Part shown: positions 13,384-26,278 of the stretch, in pieces | Layout: each line of letters opens with the position of its first letter | How positions within the stretch are numbered: position 1 is the first letter of the stretch | NCBI RefSeq assembly: GCF_009914755.1 | Contig: NC_060925.1 | Direction: 5' to 3' (one strand) | Length of the DNA: 64,000 bases | From: the human T2T-CHM13v2.0 reference genome, Homo sapiens | Notes under the pieces: model-generated | The model's input: only the letters and a program-made list of their open reading frames with translations | Databases searched by the model: none | What the model was told of the DNA's origin: nothing | Made by a program: the position numbers and the translations under genes

Positions 13384-14125
13384 TGTATTAGTCAAGGTTC
13401 TCCAGTGAAAAAAAATCAATAGAAAGAAAAGGAAAGAAAGAGAAAGAGAGAGAAAGAAAGAGAGTGGGGGAGGGAGGGAGAGAAAGATAAATGAGGAAGG
13501 TGGGAAGGAGGGAAGAGAGAAAGGGGGAAAAGGAGGAAGGAAGGAAGAAAGGAAGGAAGGGAAGAGAAGATAAGAAAGGAAAAAAGAAGGAAGGGAAGAA
13601 GGAGGTAAGGGAAGGAGGAAGGGAAAGATAAGAAAGGAGGAAATGAAGGGGAGAAACAAGGAAGGAAGTTAGTTAGTTATTAGGGGAAATAACGTACAAG
13701 ATTATGGAGGCTGAGAAGTCTCACACAGACCATCTGCAAGCTGGCGACCCAGGGAAGCCAGTAGGATGGCTCAGTCCAAGTCCGAAGGCCTGAGAACCAG
13801 ATGAGAAGACAGTGTAACTCTCAGTCCAAAGCTGAATGCATGAGAACTGGGGGCACCGCTCATATAAATTGCAGAGTCCAAAGGCCATAGAACCTGGAGT
13901 TCTGATGTCCAAAGATAGGAGAAGAAGGGTGTCTTAGTTCCAGAAGAGAAAGAGATAATTCATCTCTCCTCTGCCTTTCTGTTCTATCTGGGCCCTCAGC
14001 TAATTGGACGGTGCCTGCCAGGTTGGGTAAGGGTGGATCTTTCTTACTCAGTTCATTGACTCAAATGCCAGTCTCCTCCAGAAACACCCTCACAGACAAA
14101 CTCAGAAAAAATGCTTTAACAGCAT
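13384..14125 (-). mobile_element. MLT2B-like ERV-L LTR containing an expanded purine tract
   Basis: TGTATTAGTCAAGGTTCTCCAG..ATTATGGAGGCTGAGAAGTC..CAGTCCAAGTCCGAAGGCCTGAGAACCAG..GAAACACCCTCACAGAC. Truncated on the right. Confidence 0.85.
13419..13668. repeat. (GA/GGAA)-rich polypurine tract
   Basis: About 250 bp almost entirely A/G (GAAA, GGAA, GGGA units). Confidence 0.95.
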
Positions 14126-16914
14126 TTACGATGTTTTCAGAAACAAGATATGACTTGCCGTTCAGTTAGTTGTTCCTAGATGGCAACTTCCAGCCTATAG
14201 CAAATCCATATACTTAGTATTGTTGTCTTCATAAAATACATTAACAGAGTAACAGTAATATGGCTGCTGGAAGACGCAATGCCTAGATGAAGTGTTCAGA
14301 AGATTTTATGGAGTGAAGCAATCAGAAGAAGAGAAGTAGCACCTTTGCCCTTAAAAAATTTCAATGGAGTTTTTATATTAATTTCATATTTAAAATTTAT
14401 TAAAAACAGAACTATGTGCACAAAATATAATCTCACTTATGAAAATGACAGCCTAAAATCCTGTTTAAGAACCAATTTTCAATATATGGAAGTTGTTCGT
14501 GAGCATCTGAGTCATATTAGGATATTCTTGTTACAATTACTACAGTTTGTAGAGAAAATTAACTTTCTGAAGTATTCCATAGGTACAAAAATGATAGGCT
14601 TTTTTAAAGTGAGCATTCAATTTTCTAAAATATATTGTTGGGTTTTCCTCATACTGTATTGTATATTTAAATATAATATGCCTTATGTATACAATGTATA
14701 TAAATTTAAACTATATACATTTGATTAAAAACATAGTATAATAATTGTATATTACATATCTGACATATCAATTTCCTTACATATGCATCTTTCTCTCTGG
14801 GTATTTAAAACAAAAACATTCAATAGTGTTTTATTAACATATCTCTAAGAAGAAAGAGGCAGAGGCAACTGCCTTCCCTGACAAACAACTGCTCTCACAT
14901 TATTTTCAAATTTTCATCATGAAATTGCATTTAGGAAAAGAAGAAGCCATTGGGGTAGGTGGGTGAATATTACAAGAAACTAAGTGAAGAGGTAAAAATA
15001 AAATCAGAACCCAATTATCAATTTGAGGAGCAAATATAAGGCGAGCTTCAATTTTTTTTTAATAATCAGGCAGTATCTCAACCTCATGCATTGTTCTGGA
15101 TGTAAAGATGTGGCTTGGAATATCTCCCTTTCCTAATACTGCACCAAAGAATCAATAATATATGTCAGCTTCCTCAAACCACAGTGGGGTTGGCAAAGGG
15201 GCAGCAATCCTGCAGAAGGGAGAGTCAGGTTGGCAGTCAGTAATTGTGCCATCTGCACTTGAATGGTCCTCTCTGCTGACTTCCATTTTGTAAAACTATT
15301 AACGGTCAACAGACTATGTATAAAGTACTTACTGTGCCTTTAAAACTTTTTAAACTACTAAGAGCCACTTACACATTTGGGAAGAATTCCATCTGCAGAG
15401 ACCAAGCTATTACATTAGTTGGGTGAACATGCATTTTAAGGATTACATGTTAATGAAACCAGGTAAAATTTGGTCATTTGAGCAGCTGACCAGGCTTGTG
15501 AATGCTGGGACTCTGTACAAAAGAAAGTTCCTATTTGGGTCATTGATTTGCATAATTGAAGTAATTACCTTGGTGCTCTGCCTCACTCTGTCTATAAAAC
15601 TCACCAGACCAGGGAGGAGTGTCTGTTTGTCAATCAGAATGATGACTTACCTTCACCCTTCCTGTGCCCCAGTAGCATTCCCTGGTTATCTGGCTACCTG
15701 CATGGTGGTAAGGGTGTGCCCGGTATGTTTGATCATTGAGGACTTTTCTCTTAGGTTCAGTTGAGGGAAAGATAGCATCAGAGTCATTATTTTTCACAGT
15801 CCGGATTTCTTGAATTTAGCTCAGATAAAGAGTATGGTGAGAAGGCCAAAAAGGTGGATGAGGCAGAAGTTAGAACAGGTTTCTGATCTCAGCCTTGTGG
15901 CTAACTCGTTGTATAACTCTGATGGATCATGTCATCTCCCCAGCCCTCAGAACACCCCCAGTTAGAATGACAAAGGAACCAGGGTCATTCTAGAGAAAGG
16001 GGTCTGGGTCAGGTTAGGTAAAATCACTTCCTCACTGTCACCTATGTACACTGTGAGCTCACTAGCCCCAAACACTCAGATAATTACTTTGATGTTCCAT
16101 GTCATTTGTCCCCTAGACCTTTCCCTTCTGAGTGGGAAGAAATATAAAATCATGAGTGCCACGTAAAAATCAAACAAAAGCTTTCCTACAGCTGTGTGGC
16201 CCTTGGTCACTGGATTGGGGAACTAAAGTAGAGAAGGGCTTTTGTATAGGTTACTTAGGGCAGCCAGACTTTAAACCAGACTTTGCAACACTAAATAAAT
16301 AGGAGACCCCAAGAAATTTCAAGGAAGAGTAGAAAACTGAGGAGGAAAAATAGATTTGGTCCAGAGTTCTTAATCTGCTACAGTTTCAAACTTTATTTTT
16401 TTAAGTCTCAAGACAAAGAAAGTGATACATAGCAACTATCAAAAAAAAAAACCTCAATTTTCTTTTCTATTTCTTCTTTCTGAGCAGAGGTGGAGGTTCA
16501 AATGGCTAATTTTAGACTAGGCTGATGAGAAAAATAATATAAGTTAGCTCAATTAACTAGATGTTATCACATAGTGCAAATGTGACCATGGACACAGTGG
16601 AGGAAGAGTGATCACCATGGAGATGTTAGCGCCCTCAGATTCAGAAATTTGTTGTAAAATTGTTAGAATAATCATGTACAATGCATATAAAGATTTAAGG
16701 AGAGATCAAGTCAGTGGACACAAGGGCTAAGCATACTGATGTGTTGTCAGATCAATGATATGTATGTTGTCAAAAACATGTATGTTCAAGCAATGATTAT
16801 GGCCTTTATACCCTAGCACATTATTTCCAAAGAAGAATAAATCACACAGGTTCCCAGAAAGGAGACAGGCTTGGGCTTACGCATTTTTCTCTGATAATTA
16901 CCATGTTACTTAAC

Positions 16915-17070
16915 TTTTAGGCTTCAATTTCTTTATCTCTATAAAATGGGAATTAATGGTAATGTCTACCTCGTAAGTTGTGAGGATTTAATGAAATAAT
17001 GCATGGAGAGCACTTAGCTTTAGTAAACTTTGGTAAGAGCTCAATTACTCATAGCTTTCATTATTGTTAC
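16915..17070 (+). mobile_element. MIR SINE
   Basis: CTTCAATTTCTTTATCTCTATAAAATGGGAAT..GTTGTGAGGATTTAATGAAATAATGCATG..AGCACTTAGC. Confidence 0.75.
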
Positions 17071-18131
17071 CATTCTGTTTTCATGGAAATACATATTAAG
17101 AAATCTGCTCAAGCTATGGGCAGTGTGATTGGTTTAGGCAAACTTGTACTTCTTAACTCAGAGTCATGAACAGGTAAGTGGAATATAGATGTTGGTAAAT
17201 GTTGTTCTGTGGGTTGGTAATAGCTTTAGTAGATGAATCCAGAGCTCTTTTGTCCTAAAGCACAATAATTTAGTGTGTTTGCACAGCCTACAACACATTT
17301 TGGCAAACTAGCATCCATTTTGGCCTATTACATTGATGAATGCTCTAATGAAAGTGTGATGGTTGTCAGTCCTACATCTTGGGTGAGTCTCTTTTGAGAC
17401 AGACAGCTTTGTTTAGTGTACAGCCAGAATTAGTTGTCCCCAACATCTTACATAGGAATGCAAATGCTTGCCAAGGAGAAAAGAACAGGATAAATACCTC
17501 AACACAATCTATTGGAACTCCTAGAAAGGCAATTCAGTGTCCAAACAGTATACATGCAGTTCTGAAAAGAAAAAAAAGGAGGTTCCTCTCCTGTTTTCCG
17601 TCTAGTAAGATGGAAAGAATAGGGAATTCTCTTTTCAGGGACAGTGTTATGACACCAAAATGTTGTTCAGCCAACACTGTGAACAGAGGTCTCAGAGGCG
17701 AGACCATAATACTCAAGTATTTCACAAGGAGAAGGCTTACGATAAGTTAAAGAACATTTTGCAGATTATAAATGCATTTAGACTATTATTACTTATTTCA
17801 CAGATCAAAATTCATTAAAGTTAAATGAGTAGTTAATGGGCTACTTTGTGGTTTATTCTTGTATCATTAAATTTGAGTGGGTACATGCATTCCCTTAAGT
17901 AAGCTGGAAGGCAAGATGGTTTCAGTTGTTTTCATATTTATTGTTATTGTTGTTTCATTAGTAGCTCATAAATTATTCCTAATGAATTATCAGAAGCACT
18001 AATTATATCTGGGTTCCTCTTTTCCACTAACTAGCACAAGTGTGGAAGATTTCACATTTTCTGGAAAGCTTGTTTTGTTTTTGTGTTTTTAAATAATTTC
18101 TCTGTCCTAACTTTACCTCTGCTATCTCCAG

Positions 18132-18239
18132 TGTAGGTCAGATGAGGATGGAACTGGTGAATGAGCAGAAGAGAAGGTTGGAAGAGTGCAGTGGTGATGA
18201 CAGCCCTCCGCTGCTCCTTCCCCAGAGGAAGGAGCTCCA
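18132..18239 (+). other. Candidate internal exon (108 nt) of an unidentified + strand transcript
   Basis: Branch-point-like TCCTAAC, pyrimidine tract TTTACCTCTGCTATCTC, CAG acceptor (AG 18130-18131), GAA-rich body, donor CCA|GTAAGT. One frame is open. No transcript evidence available. Confidence 0.35.
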
Positions 18240-19229
18240 GTAAGTAAATCAAATCAACACCATACCTCCTATTCCTTTGTCCTTTCATATACAGCTGCTT
18301 AAATTAGCTTTAAGTTCCCTGAAGGTAGGAATAGGTTTATTTTCAAACTGTGTTCCGGATCTAGCACCTTGCTTAATCAATGTTAAATAGTAACAGTGAA
18401 TTTTAATTGGCTTATTTTCAGAGCATCAGATTAAATTATTCTGCTAATTAATTGGTTGATCTCATATTTCACTTATATTGTCAGGTTATTATTTTTCCCT
18501 TTGGGGCTCAAGATGCCACTGACAGTTCAAATACTTCTTCATTAGTTACCACATCTTGGATTTCACATAATTTTATTATAATTATTTTGATACCATATTT
18601 ATTGAGCACCAGCATGTATTCAGAGCAGTTAAGAACAGAGGATTGGTTGCAGTTCCTTCCACTATATGCACATCAGTTCATTGCTTAAAATCCAATAGAA
18701 GGTGTACTTGGCTTGGCAGAACAGAGACTTCAATTAGGTTTAATTGGTCAGACACTAAACTAGTTTCATATAAGTGATCAATAGACATTTTATAACATTG
18801 GATCAAGTTTCTTTTTCACCAGCCAAATGTTTCCTGTTAATTGACTCATCTTGTCTTCCCTAGATAGCTGTGATATATAACTAAACCAATCCCTACATTT
18901 TAAGAGGAAACTAGGCAAACTGGTAGTTTTCAAGAGAAAAGGAAACAAAAGAGAAAAGGATTTGAAAATCTCCACAGGTCAAATGGTTAAAGCAACTGTT
19001 AGTGTTTCGCATGGAAAACAAAAAATGTAGTAAGGCATAGAAGCTCCATGCAACATTTAAAGAGCTTACATAGATAGGAAATGGGTTAATTTCATGTAAG
19101 TAGAAAGAAAATTTTGCACAATGTATGAAAAAACTAAATAAACTCTTAATATATACATTGGGGACCTTATAATACAGATAGTTCTTGTCATTAAAAGAGG
19201 CATTAAAAATGCTACATTTTAAAAATTTT

Positions 19230-19334
19230 AACACATAATTATGAATGCCCTACTCTGCAAGACATTTTTTTTTAATAAGTAGAAATAAATCAGACAAAGC
19301 AATGGCTGCAAAGAGCTTAGTTTTTAGTGTGTTT

Positions 19335-19371
<37 letters not shown>

Positions 19372-19790
19372 TGTGTGTGTGGTGGTTGGGGGCAGTCACA
19401 GAAATAATCAGTCATGCAATTATGCCCCAGGTAGTAATGAGTGCTGAGCCGGGATGGCAGGCAAGCGAGGTCAGAGAGGTGGGTGAAGACCTAAGCAGGT
19501 CACGGGCTTATGGGGAGGCTGGAAAGTTAAAATTTTAATCTAAGTGCAGCCGAGAACCTTCAGAGGGTTTTAAGAAGAGAAGACATTATCTGATTTACAT
19601 TTTTAAAAGATCACTCTGTCAGCTGTGTAGAGAATGGATTTTGAAGGAGGAGAAGAATGGAAGCAGAGAGACCAGCTAGGAGACTATTAGACTGAGACAG
19701 ATAACAGATGTGGGCAGATAGATTTGGAGAATATTCTTTAAGTAGAGTCACTGCTAGATAAGAAGTGAGAGATGAAGGAATAGGTGGAAG
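19230..19790 (-). mobile_element. L2 LINE fragment with an embedded (TG)n at ~19337-19380
   Basis: GAGGGTTTTAAG..TGATTTACATTTTAAAAGATCACTCTGTCAGCTGTGTAGAGAATGGATT is a classic antisense L2 motif. Confidence 0.75.
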
Positions 19791-20950
19791 GTGGTAAGCA
19801 CCTCAAGGGATGCTTGAAACAAATTTTTGCTTTAAATGCGAGGTTGGAGATAATGGTATCTGAAGACTCTCCTCTGAAGTTGTGTAATTTTATGGTAAAC
19901 TTTGGGGGTGGCAACTCTATATCCTACAACAAATTTCTGCTAACACCAGAAGCACATATGTGAGCATCAACATTGATTATAGGACTGGAAGAGATTACAG
20001 CATCTATAAAGGCAGAGATGTTCTATTGTTTTCTTCACTACTATTCCCCTAGTGCCTCGTACACTAGACAAATACTCAGAATCCAATAATTATGTGATAA
20101 ATGCATAAATAAAAGGATGAAAAAGCTGTAAATGTACATTTTTTATACCTGTAGTTGACATTCAAACTAAATTATCCCCACTCAACCCACCTTGCTCTTG
20201 TTGTAATGTAAGAGTTGTACTTGGTGACAACACAAAGAATTAACAGTAACTTACATATGCAGGTTTCAAAGCTTAGCAGTTGAAATGGATCAGAATGTTC
20301 TTCTTTCTCCAAATCACAAGTCTAGAAGTTGTCTTTTTTGACGCAACTATGCCAAGTCTTCCAAATTAAGAAAAATAAAAATAAGGATATATACTAAGCT
20401 AATGTTAAGTAAAACCATTTGAATATACTTGTGCTTTAAGGATGCATGTGATATGTGGACACTAAGGAAGGTTTTTGCCAAATTGTACTGTTAATCATAG
20501 AGCCTTGCTCTGAGAGGCCATTAGTAAATGTCAGTGGATCCATAACACCTAAGTTCATTGAGGATGAGGAAAACATATGAAATGTGGTTATCCAGTCTAC
20601 CCTGAAGAGATTTTCAGCACTTTCTCTGGAGTCCCCTGTTCTTATGATTCTCGTAGGAATTGGTCTGTCATGTCAAGGTCTTTATTTACCTGCCTTTAAG
20701 TTCTTCCAGATAAAGTAATTCCTGGTTTTAATAGCTTTTGTGAAATGCATAACTACTCCGTAGCCCCCAAAGACCCAACAGGGGCCTTTCTAGAGGTTTT
20801 CTGTTCTTCCTCTTTCCTCTTCCTTCACTCACCAGATGGCTCCCTTCATTTTGCCTAATCCACAGAGTTTATTCACCCCTCTTTTACCATGAGGCAGAGG
20901 GAAAACAATGACAAATACACAGTAAACTTTGTTATCAACAAACAGAAGTT

Positions 20951-20964
20951 GTTACCAAGGCAAC
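20951..20964. promoter_or_regulatory. RFX X-box-like motif
   Basis: GTTACCAAGGCAAC, one mismatch from the palindromic X-box GTTRCCATGGYAAC, in apparently unique sequence. Confidence 0.4.
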
Positions 20965-22299
20965 AGAACAAGAGCATCCCTGCATCCAGCCATCACAGTG
21001 TGAAGTGAGTTTCAGATGAGGAGATGCCTTGAGGGGCAAGGAGACCCTTCAGGAAAAAGCTGACCTGATAAAGGAATCAAGGAGCTGCCATCCCAACTGA
21101 TGTCTTTTTTCCCTTTCTCAATAAAGAGAAGAGCTTGCAAGAGCCCTGAAAGACAGACAGGCTGCGTAAACTACTTGGGATTTCAAAGAGTCCTGTTCAA
21201 TTAATCTGACTACAGATAGACCAGAACGGTTCTACTTCTGGGTATAGGCAGAGGTGAGACTTTGGGGTGAACAGATACAAGGAAAGGGGACAGGGCATTA
21301 AACACCTCTGAACTGCTGTGTACACTATAAATAGAAATGAGATCCTGTATTTATACAATGCCTTTTGTCCAGAAACCTGCACTCACAGCACAGACATCAC
21401 CTGCCTAGGCTTCCAAACACCCCTGTGAGTTGAGGATCAAGGACAGGGATTATTTTACAGATGGGAAAACTGGCACTTAGAAGCAGTATATGTGCCAAGG
21501 CCCTTCAGAAGACAGCAGAACAGCCAGAAACAGGATGCAGGTAAAAATACCAACAATAAATTCTTTTTATTTGTTCTTAACATCTTCCCTGCTGGATCAA
21601 GATCTTTTTCACAAAATGACATTAAAGAGTCAAAGTCTTCCTTTCTCCTCAACAACAGGGAGCTTGCATAATCTGAATGTGCTTGTTGCAGCCCCTGACA
21701 CTATGGATGGAGGGGGATCAAGGGTGGGCTTGTGGATTACACTTATCAAATTGAAACACTCTAGGGAAGCATTGTAGCTGCTCTTGAATTCACCTTCTTG
21801 GTTTAATGGAAGTACTTTTAGGAGATTTATTTTGATACCTCTCAACCATGTGGATTCTTAATCTGGGGACCTCAATCAATCAAACGAATGTTTATTGATT
21901 GACTACCATGTTCAGATCTAGTGCTATGAAAGAATAATAAATATTACCTATGGTACTCACCTGATAAAACTACTGTGTATCTACCATAATGCTCTCTAAA
22001 GAAGTACTGAAAACATATAGTAAACAATGAATGAACAAAATTAATACACCATAGATGGTGACAGGAGAGAGTGTGTTAGGGTTCTAAGAACAACAGGGTA
22101 TGGTGACCTGAAGTCAGAGGAGCCTTGACCAAGGAGAGGGATCTTAAACCATTTGTCAAAGGTTTTATCTGTGAATGTAATGAGATGGTGCTATCCCCAA
22201 ATAAAATAGAGCTAGACAAAGACCATAAATACCATATACTCTAAAATAGAGTATACAAAGCTCTAAAATAGTGCTAGACATATACCATTTCACAGCATT

Positions 22300-22500
22300 T
22301 CTTCATTCGTGCTTCAGAGATAGGATGCTTAGCATGCTGTGTTGTAAATATTTATTTACTTTCCCATTGTAGCTTCCTTCACTAGATTGGGTCCTTCTGA
22401 GTAGGAACCATGCTCTATTCATTGCTGTATTCCCAGTGCCTAGCATATAGTAGTTGATCAGCAAATGTGTGATTAACAAGTGCATCAAAGAATAAAGAAG
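22300..22500 (+). mobile_element. L2 3' end
   Basis: CTAGATTGGGTCCTTCTGAGTAGGAACCATG..TTGCTGTATTCCCAGTGCCTAGCATATAGTAG. Confidence 0.7.
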
Positions 22501-22629
22501 TGACCTGAGACAATCATAATAGCATAATGATAACATCTAATGCAGTCCTCCATGCAGCAAGAATTCACAGCTGATGATAAATAAGGGAGACCTTTAAGTC
22601 CCCACATATTAGAGAAGGTCAAGATTTTG

Positions 22630-22830
22630 GAGGGTTTGAGTCTTGGCTCTGCCGCTTACTTCCCTGTAGCCTTAGGATAAGGCTCGAAGTCTCTGTTTCC
22701 TCATTTATAAAATATGGATGAAATGCTTATATTTATCTCAGTGGTTTGGGTGAAGATCAAATTAAACAATACATGCAAAAATACTCTGCAAAGTGTAAAG
22801 CAGTGTACAAATCTCAGTCCTCATTGCCAT
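22630..22830 (+). mobile_element. MIR SINE
   Basis: GGGTTTGAGTCTTGGCTCTGCCGCTTACT..CTCTGTTTCCTCATTTATAAAAT..GTGAAGATCAAAT. Confidence 0.75.
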
Positions 22831-23358
22831 CAACAGTATAATTAATATATCATTAATTTATGTTACCCAACACATACAGTTCTCACCAAAGTACTATTTT
22901 AAATCATAGACCATTTAAGGCTGGAACAGCCTCTTCTTAAGATAAATAAGCTAGGGTTGTAGCAAACTTATTTTTCTTAAGTTCCAACAGCCAGGAGTGG
23001 AGCCATGTATCAGATGCCTGGCTAGTGCTACTTCTACTGAATAGCTGCTGGAGGCCCCATTTGGAGACTAGTCTTGTGAGGATGAGAACTGCTTGGTTGC
23101 CTTTCTCCCCTCTCTGTTCTCATTACTCAGTGTCACCCCATCAAAGCAGAATTGAAATCATCTCTTTAGTCATTTCCTGTCTCTCTTCTTACCCAAAGCC
23201 AGATGCTACAGTCTTCCTGAGGACTGTGGCAGCATGTGGCCAGTTCCCAGCTCAACTACTTCCTTCTCTAATCCAATCTGGAATCCATAGTTAAGTTGTC
23301 TTCCTCATACATCATACAAGCAGGTGACTGCCCTTTTCAGATAACACAAGAAGCTTCT

Positions 23359-26278
23359 GTCAAAGATGAGGTGGTCATATGTGTGTGACCTTATTTCTGT
23401 AATCTCTTTTCTGTTCCATTGATCTATGTGTCTGTTTTTGTACAAATACCAAGCTGTTTTGGTTACGATAGCCCTGTAGTATAGCTTGAAGTCGGGCAAC
23501 ATGATGCATCCAGCTTCATTCTTTTGCTTAAGATTGCCTTGGCTGTTAGGGCTCATCTTTTGTTCCATATGAATTTTAAAATAGATTTTTTTCTAGTTCT
23601 GTGAAGAATGTCATTAACAGTTTGATAAGAATATCACTGAATCTGTAATTTGCTTTGGGCAGTATGGCCATTTTAATAATATGGATTCTTTCTATCCATG
23701 AGCATGGGATGTTTTCCATTTGTGTCTTTTCTGATTTCTTTGAGCAGTGTTTTGTAATTCTCATTTTAGAGATGTTTCACCTCCCTGGTTAGCTGTATTC
23801 CTAGGTATTTTATTCTTTTTGTGGCAATTGTGAATGGGATTGCCTTCCTGATTTGGCTCTCGGTTTGGCTATTGTTGGTTTAAGGAATGCTAGTGATTTT
23901 TATACATTGATTAAGTATCCTGAAACTTTGCTGAAGTTTTTATCAGCTCAAGGAGCTTTTGGGCCAAGACTATGGGATTTTATAGATATAAAATCATGTT
24001 GTCTGCAAACAGAGGTAGTTTGACTTTATCTCTTCCAATTTAAATGACCTTTATTCCTTACTCTCACCTGATTTCTCTGGCTAGGACTTCCAATACTATG
24101 TTGAATAGAAGTGGTTAGAGAGGGCATCCTTATCTTGTGCTGGTCTTCAAGAGGAATCCTTCCAGCTTTTGCCCATTTGGCATGATATTGGCCGTGGGTT
24201 TGTCATACATGGTTCTTATTATTTTAAGGTATGTTTCTCAATACCTAGTTTATTGAGGGTTTTTAACATGAAGGAGTGTTGAATTTTATCAAAAGCCTTT
24301 TCTGCATCTATTAAATAATCATGTGGTTTTTGTCTTTAGTTCTGTTTATGTGATGAATCACATTTATTGATTTGTTGAACACACTCCCATCCTGGAGATG
24401 AAGCCTACTTGATCATGGTGAATTAGCTTTCTGATGTGCTGCTGGATTCAGTTTGCAAGTAGGGCTTCTTGAGAATTTTTGCATTGATATTCATCAAGGA
24501 TATTGGCCTGAACTTTTCTCTTTTTTTGTTGTATCTCTGCCCTGCCAGGTTTTGGTATCAGGATAATGCCAGCCTCATAGAATGAGCTGGGGAGGAGCCC
24601 TTTCTCTTCACTTTTTTTTGGACTAGTTCAGTAGGAATGGTACCATCTCTTCTTTGTACATCTGGTAGAATTTGGCTGTGAATCCACTGGGTCCTAGGCT
24701 TTTTTTGGTTGGTTGTCTATTTATTACTGATTCAAATTCAGAGCTTGTTATTGGTTTCTTCAGGGAATCAATTTCTTTCTGGTTCAGTCTTTGGAGGGTA
24801 TATGTATCCAGGAATTTACCCATTTCTTCTAGATTTTCTAGTTTATGTGCATAGAGGTGTTCATAATATTCTATGATGCTTGTTTGTATTTCTGTGGGGT
24901 CAGAGGTAATATCCCCCTTGTCATTTCTAATTGCGTTTGTTTGAATCTTCTTTCTTTTTCTTTATTTATAAAGAGAAAAAGGCTGCATGCCTATGACCAT
25001 CTGATCTTCCACAAAGCTGACAAAAAACAAGCAATGGGGGAAAGACTCCGCATTCAATAAATGGTGGTGGGATAACTGGCTAGCCACATGGAGAAGATTG
25101 AAGCTGGGCCCCTTCCTTACACCATATACAAAAATAAGGTGGATTAAAGACTTAAATGTAAATCCCCAAACTATAAAAACCCTGGAAGACAACCTAGGCA
25201 ATGCCATTCTGGACATAGGAACAGGCAAATATTTCATGGCAAAGACACCAAAAGCAATCGCAACAAAAGCAAAAATTGACAAGTGGATTCTAACTAAACT
25301 TAAGACCTCTGCACACCAAAAAGAAACTGTCAATAAACGGACAACCTACAGAGTGGGAGAAAATATGTGCAAACTATGCACCTGACAAAGGTTTGATATC
25401 CAGCATCTATAAGGAACTTAAACAAATTTACAAGAGAAAAACAACCCCATTACAAAGTGGCCAAAGAACATGAACAGACACTTTCCAAAGAAGACATACA
25501 TGTGGCCAGCAAGCATATTAACAAAAGCTCAATAGCACTGGTCATTACAAAAGTGTAAATCAAAACCACAATGAGATATCATCTCATACCAGTCAGAATG
25601 CCTATTATTAAAAAGTAAAAAAATAGATGCTGACAAGGTTGTGAAGAAAAGGGAACACTTATACACTGTTGGTAGGAGTGTAAATTAGTTCAACCATTGT
25701 AGAAAGCAGTATGGCAATTCCTCATAAAGCTAAAAGCAGAACTACCATTCACCCCAGGAGTTCTATTACTGTGTATATACCCAGAGGAATATAAATCATT
25801 CTACCTTAAAGACACATGCACACAAATGTTCATTGCATTCACAACAGCAAAAACACGGAATCAACCCAAATGCCTATCAATGACAGACTGGATAAAGAAA
25901 TGTGGAATATATATATGTTGAATAGTATGCAGCCATAAAAAAGAATGAGATCATGTCTTACATGGGAACATGGATGGAGCTGGAGGCTATTATCCTTAGT
26001 AAACTAATGCAGGAACAGAAAACCAAATACTGCATGTTCTCACTTATAAGTGGGAGCTAAATAATAAGAACTCATCAATACAAGGGAACAATAGACACTG
26101 GGGTCTACTTGAGGGTGAAGGGTGGAAGGAAGGAGAGGAGCAGAAAAGCTAACTATTGGACACTGGGCTTAATACTTTGGTGATGAAATAAACTGTACAA
26201 TAAACCTCCATGACACAAGTTTACCTATGTAACAAACATTCACACGTACCCTTGAAACTAAAATAAACTTTTTTTTTT
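23359..26278 (+). mobile_element. 5'-inverted (twin-primed) L1PA16/17-like LINE-1
   Basis: 23359-~24966 is antisense ORF2; ~24972-26278 is sense ORF2 end plus 3'UTR (GGAGAGGAGCAGAAAAGCTAACTATTGG..CTGGGCTTAATAC, an old L1PA type). Degenerate TSD AAGAAGCTTCT / AAGTTGCTTCT. ORF-track peptides on both strands are ORF2p pieces. Confidence 0.9.

Noticed and set aside
13369-13659. 96-aa Phe/Leu/Pro/Ser ORF resembling a membrane peptide
   Set aside because: Artefact of the polypyrimidine strand of the GA-rich tract.
15646-15715. Minus-strand 47-nt exon candidate (CAG acceptor; AAG|GTAAGT donor)
   Set aside because: Weak pyrimidine tract, not frame-preserving, unrecognised peptide; such matches are expected by chance in 64 kb.
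14345-17750. 113-127 aa ORFs at 14345, 15423 and 17379
   Set aside because: Non-ATG starts (TTG/GTG), AT-rich non-coding composition and no recognisable homology.
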